DNA of 42,661 nucleotides, taken from the NCBI GenBank assembly GCA_049969675.1, contig JBMFOP010000011.1:1-42661 (forward strand), written 5' to 3'. The DNA comes from Myxococcota bacterium (GTDB lineage Bacteria > Myxococcota > SpSt-1050). Below are positions 40,071-42,661 of this stretch, piece after piece (positions within the stretch are counted from its first letter, which is position 1; every line of letters begins with the position of its first letter). A program made the position numbers and the translations under genes. The notes beneath the pieces are model-generated. The model had not been told where the DNA came from. It was given only the letters and a program-made list of their open reading frames with translations, and did not search any database.

Positions 40071-41309
40071 GTGATGATGTATAAAAAGTCCAGTTTTATT
40101 ATCCTGTTAATTGGAATCATTTTATCTGGCTGTAGTAATTCAGACAGTAGAAATTCTGATGCAGGATCTTTTCCAGACACCTATAAAGATACCTATAATA
40201 TACCGATGCTGGATGTATCGCCTGATATTATGGATGAAATTGATAACGATCTGTCAGGTGCGGTAACAGATATTGAGATGGTTGAAGATGATATGGATGT
40301 AGATTCCTCGTTTAATATCTCTGATGTATCGGTTGATACAGGTGATTCTGATATGATAGGTGATGTAAATATTCCGCCAGAACTTACGGGAGAGTTGATC
40401 GGATTTGAGAATGTAAGCGTACCACAGAAAGGCTCAATCATATTTTACAATAACTGGGCGATGGGAGATGGAAAGGATTCTATAGAGATGATAAGCCCTG
40501 ATGGTAGTTATAAGGCTGTGAGATTATATGCTATTAGAATATGGTCTTTTGGAGTTAACAGGAGTGGAAATATTGTTGTCTTTTCAACAAATGACCCCTT
40601 TCAATATGAGAGATATGGAATCAATGTTTACGACGCAATTGAAAACACCTGGTTATTAAAGGATAATCAACCCGTTGTACAGATTACATTTGGAGCCATA
40701 AATGACGAGTGTCATACATTTGTGACTGATGAATTACTTATGATGTGCAGGAGGGCAAATTTTAGGCCCGACCAACAATATATGGTTGTTAGTGACCCAT
40801 ATAGGATTCTATATCATCACCTTAATAATAATAAAGAGGAGTATCTCACTCCACTGGACATCAGATATAATGATTATTCGGGTTCCATCAGGGGGGACGG
40901 GATAATCCTCTTCAACAGAAACATTATTGCTGATAGGACCATTGATATAATGACACTTGATATAAAAAGTGGCGAGGTCAATCTCCTCCTTGAGGATGCA
41001 AATAGTCCAGTTGTCTCTAATGATGGGGAAGAGGTGCTATTTAAGAAGAGGGGACAGAATAGACTATTTCTCGCTTCGGCTTATAATTTGAATGATGCGG
41101 TTGCTATAATAGATGGAGGTAACCGGAGTATAGGCCGTTATGATTTTTCTCCGGATAAATCACGGATTGCATATACCCTTGAAGATCGCCAGAATAACTG
41201 TGCAGACCTGATGATTGCCAGTAGAGATGGTAGTTCAATTACAAAGATATTGGACTGCTCTGATGAAAAGAAATTTATTACGGTAATCAGGTGGGTATAT
41301 GTAGAGTGA
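40071..41309 (+). CDS. TolB/PD40-like beta-propeller lipoprotein with Asp-rich N-terminal linker (start may be the ATG at 40074 or 40077)
   Basis: Lipobox ILSGC; acidic linker; ISPDGS, PVVSNDGEEVLF, FSPDKSRIAY, ASRDGS. Confidence 0.72.
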   Translation: MMMYKKSSFIILLIGIILSGCSNSDSRNSDAGSFPDTYKDTYNIPMLDVSPDIMDEIDNDLSGAVTDIEMVEDDMDVDSSFNISDVSVDTGDSDMIGDVNIPPELTGELIGFENVSVPQKGSIIFYNNWAMGDGKDSIEMISPDGSYKAVRLYAIRIWSFGVNRSGNIVVFSTNDPFQYERYGINVYDAIENTWLLKDNQPVVQITFGAINDECHTFVTDELLMMCRRANFRPDQQYMVVSDPYRILYHHLNNNKEEYLTPLDIRYNDYSGSIRGDGIILFNRNIIADRTIDIMTLDIKSGEVNLLLEDANSPVVSNDGEEVLFKKRGQNRLFLASAYNLNDAVAIIDGGNRSIGRYDFSPDKSRIAYTLEDRQNNCADLMIASRDGSSITKILDCSDEKKFITVIRWVYVE

Positions 41310-42302
41310 TTAGTGAGGATTTAAGAGTGGAATATCCTCGTTTTTATGTCCCAGACCGAATTCAAAGTGAGTCAGCCCAATATTCTTCAGAACTGTATAA
41401 TAGACAAATGGCTTAAAGATTGATTCTCTTTTGTACACAACAATATTGATGGAGCCACATTCCGTATTTAAACAGAATACCTCTTTATTTGAAGGCATAG
41501 GATAGTTGTATTGTGCAAATGACCCCTTATCTGCAAATAACTTCCCTTCAATCTTATATCTCTTTCCGGTGGCAAAGAACATATATTCTGGAAATAGCGA
41601 GCACTCCTTAAATGCGAGGTTTTTTAGAGTAAAGAATGAAAACTCCTCATCCTCAAATCTAAGATATATTCTGGATGCAGAGATCTTCCCGATTGGACCA
41701 TATGTGGTCTCAGCCGAGAGGAGTTCAAATACCCCTTTGTGAGATTCAAAAGAATCTGTATGTGCCCATATCCAGCTATCGGGCATCTCTTTTCCCCAGA
41801 TGTGGCTCTGTGTCCCTATCCCATCAATCTCAATCTCTTCCCCGTCAATATTTATCTTGCCATTGATTTCAAATGAGAGGTTTGGAGAAACTATATATGA
41901 ATGGAGTACAGGCATATTATATATCTGAGACGGGAGATGTAAAAACTCTCCCCCATCGGTAAATCTTAGATCCCAGAAGATTTTGTTTGAGGTAGATGTA
42001 ATCTCTCCTCGTGTCTCGCCCTCCGTTAGATATGAGTCCTTTATCTTAATCATTTCATCTGAAAATTCACATTCGGATATCTTATAATTTTGTGAGATCG
42101 CAGAGATAATCTTCTCCTCTCTGAATCCGGTAAACCAGAGATTTAAGAATGGAGATTCCAGAACATTCTTGGGAACAACCAGAGTAAATCTTATCCAGAA
42201 GCCATCCAGAGTCTTCCTGTTGTTGAATGTAAGATACCAGACTTCAAAGAAGCCTGGCTCCTTATTCCAGCGACTCTTATTAAAAGCCTTCAGAATTTTC
42301 AT
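41310..42302 (-). CDS. Tocopherol cyclase/AttH-like beta-barrel protein
   Basis: GFFEVWYLTF, FWIRFT, IFWDLRF, GTQSHIWGKEMPDSWIWAH. Confidence 0.7.
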   Translation of the reverse strand: MKILKAFNKSRWNKEPGFFEVWYLTFNNRKTLDGFWIRFTLVVPKNVLESPFLNLWFTGFREEKIISAISQNYKISECEFSDEMIKIKDSYLTEGETRGEITSTSNKIFWDLRFTDGGEFLHLPSQIYNMPVLHSYIVSPNLSFEINGKINIDGEEIEIDGIGTQSHIWGKEMPDSWIWAHTDSFESHKGVFELLSAETTYGPIGKISASRIYLRFEDEEFSFFTLKNLAFKECSLFPEYMFFATGKRYKIEGKLFADKGSFAQYNYPMPSNKEVFCLNTECGSINIVVYKRESIFKPFVYYTVLKNIGLTHFEFGLGHKNEDIPLLNPH

Positions 42303-42308
42303 AATATT

Positions 42309-42336
42309 ATAATATCAGAAATTAATGGGCTTTCAA
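42309..42336 (-). promoter_or_regulatory. Putative promoter giving a leaderless mRNA for the tocopherol-cyclase-like gene
   Basis: TTGAAA, 16 nt ending in TGA (extended -10), TATTAT, then 6 nt to ATG 42302; no Shine-Dalgarno. Confidence 0.45.
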
Positions 42337-42661
42337 GTCAAAAAGTCTTATCCTCGCAATAATTTTAATATCCACATCTGTTCAAAATAAGTTTTCTTTT
42401 TTTTGATATAGAAGCATCAGCAGGGTAAAATTATTTTATCAAACAAAAATCCTGAAATGAAGCTTCCTATGAGTAAGTATATCAGTATCTTTGGATAATC
42501 TATGATTGCGTAAGCCAATTTTTTTAATAGTAATAAGAAAACCTCTGGTTGGAGAAGCAAAATACTTTGTGGTTGGTGAAAAACACAACTCCTCGCAATT
42601 AGTAAAGCAAAATTTTAATGATATTTCCTGAGAATGACTTTTACAAAGTATTATAGGAGAC

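Noticed and set aside
42351..42599. 10-bp direct repeat TCCTCGCAAT at 42351 and 42590, with short ORFs between
   Set aside because: Only two copies, no terminal inverted repeats, no recognisable protein; not supportable as a MITE or CRISPR.
1..42661. CRISPR array, rRNA, integrase/prophage, intact transposase or anti-phage defence genes
   Set aside because: No regularly spaced repeats or diagnostic motifs seen by eye; diverged elements could be missed without searches.

Overview
AT-rich bacterial chromosomal window. The housekeeping gene order and the Asp-rich lipoprotein linkers suggest a deltaproteobacterial/Myxococcota-like organism, and the redox operon suggests an anaerobe (inference). 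(1) 1-12.1 kb: conserved cluster tuf(3' end)-rpmG-tRNA-Trp-secE-nusG-rplKAJL-rpoBC, with an L10 leader. (2) 12.2-18.2 kb, minus strand: a tightly coupled seven-gene operon. A four-subunit 2-oxoacid:ferredoxin oxidoreductase (porCDAB) is followed by a HydC/HydB/HydA-N-terminus-like (NuoEFG-like, BfuCBA-like) flavin/Fe-S module that carries electron-bifurcation signatures but has no catalytic hydrogenase or formate dehydrogenase domain. This is the best candidate for a poorly characterised system. (3) 18.4-28.9 kb: era-der; a small basic ORF in frame with a four-CxxC ORF; a multiply disrupted AtoE-family pseudogene; alr, murA, prmC, prfA, DUF1385; and a CGC-motif UshA-like lipoprotein. (4) 29-30 kb: an orphan ORF and a short remnant of a possible mobile-element gene. 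(5) 30-42.3 kb: an envelope cluster with five lipoproteins (kelch, GH92, large helical, five-bladed propeller, TolB-like), an MBL hydrolase, DUF456, a FadL-type barrel and a convergent tocopherol-cyclase-like gene. No CRISPR array, rRNA or intact IS was seen. All calls come from motif recognition by eye; no searches were run.
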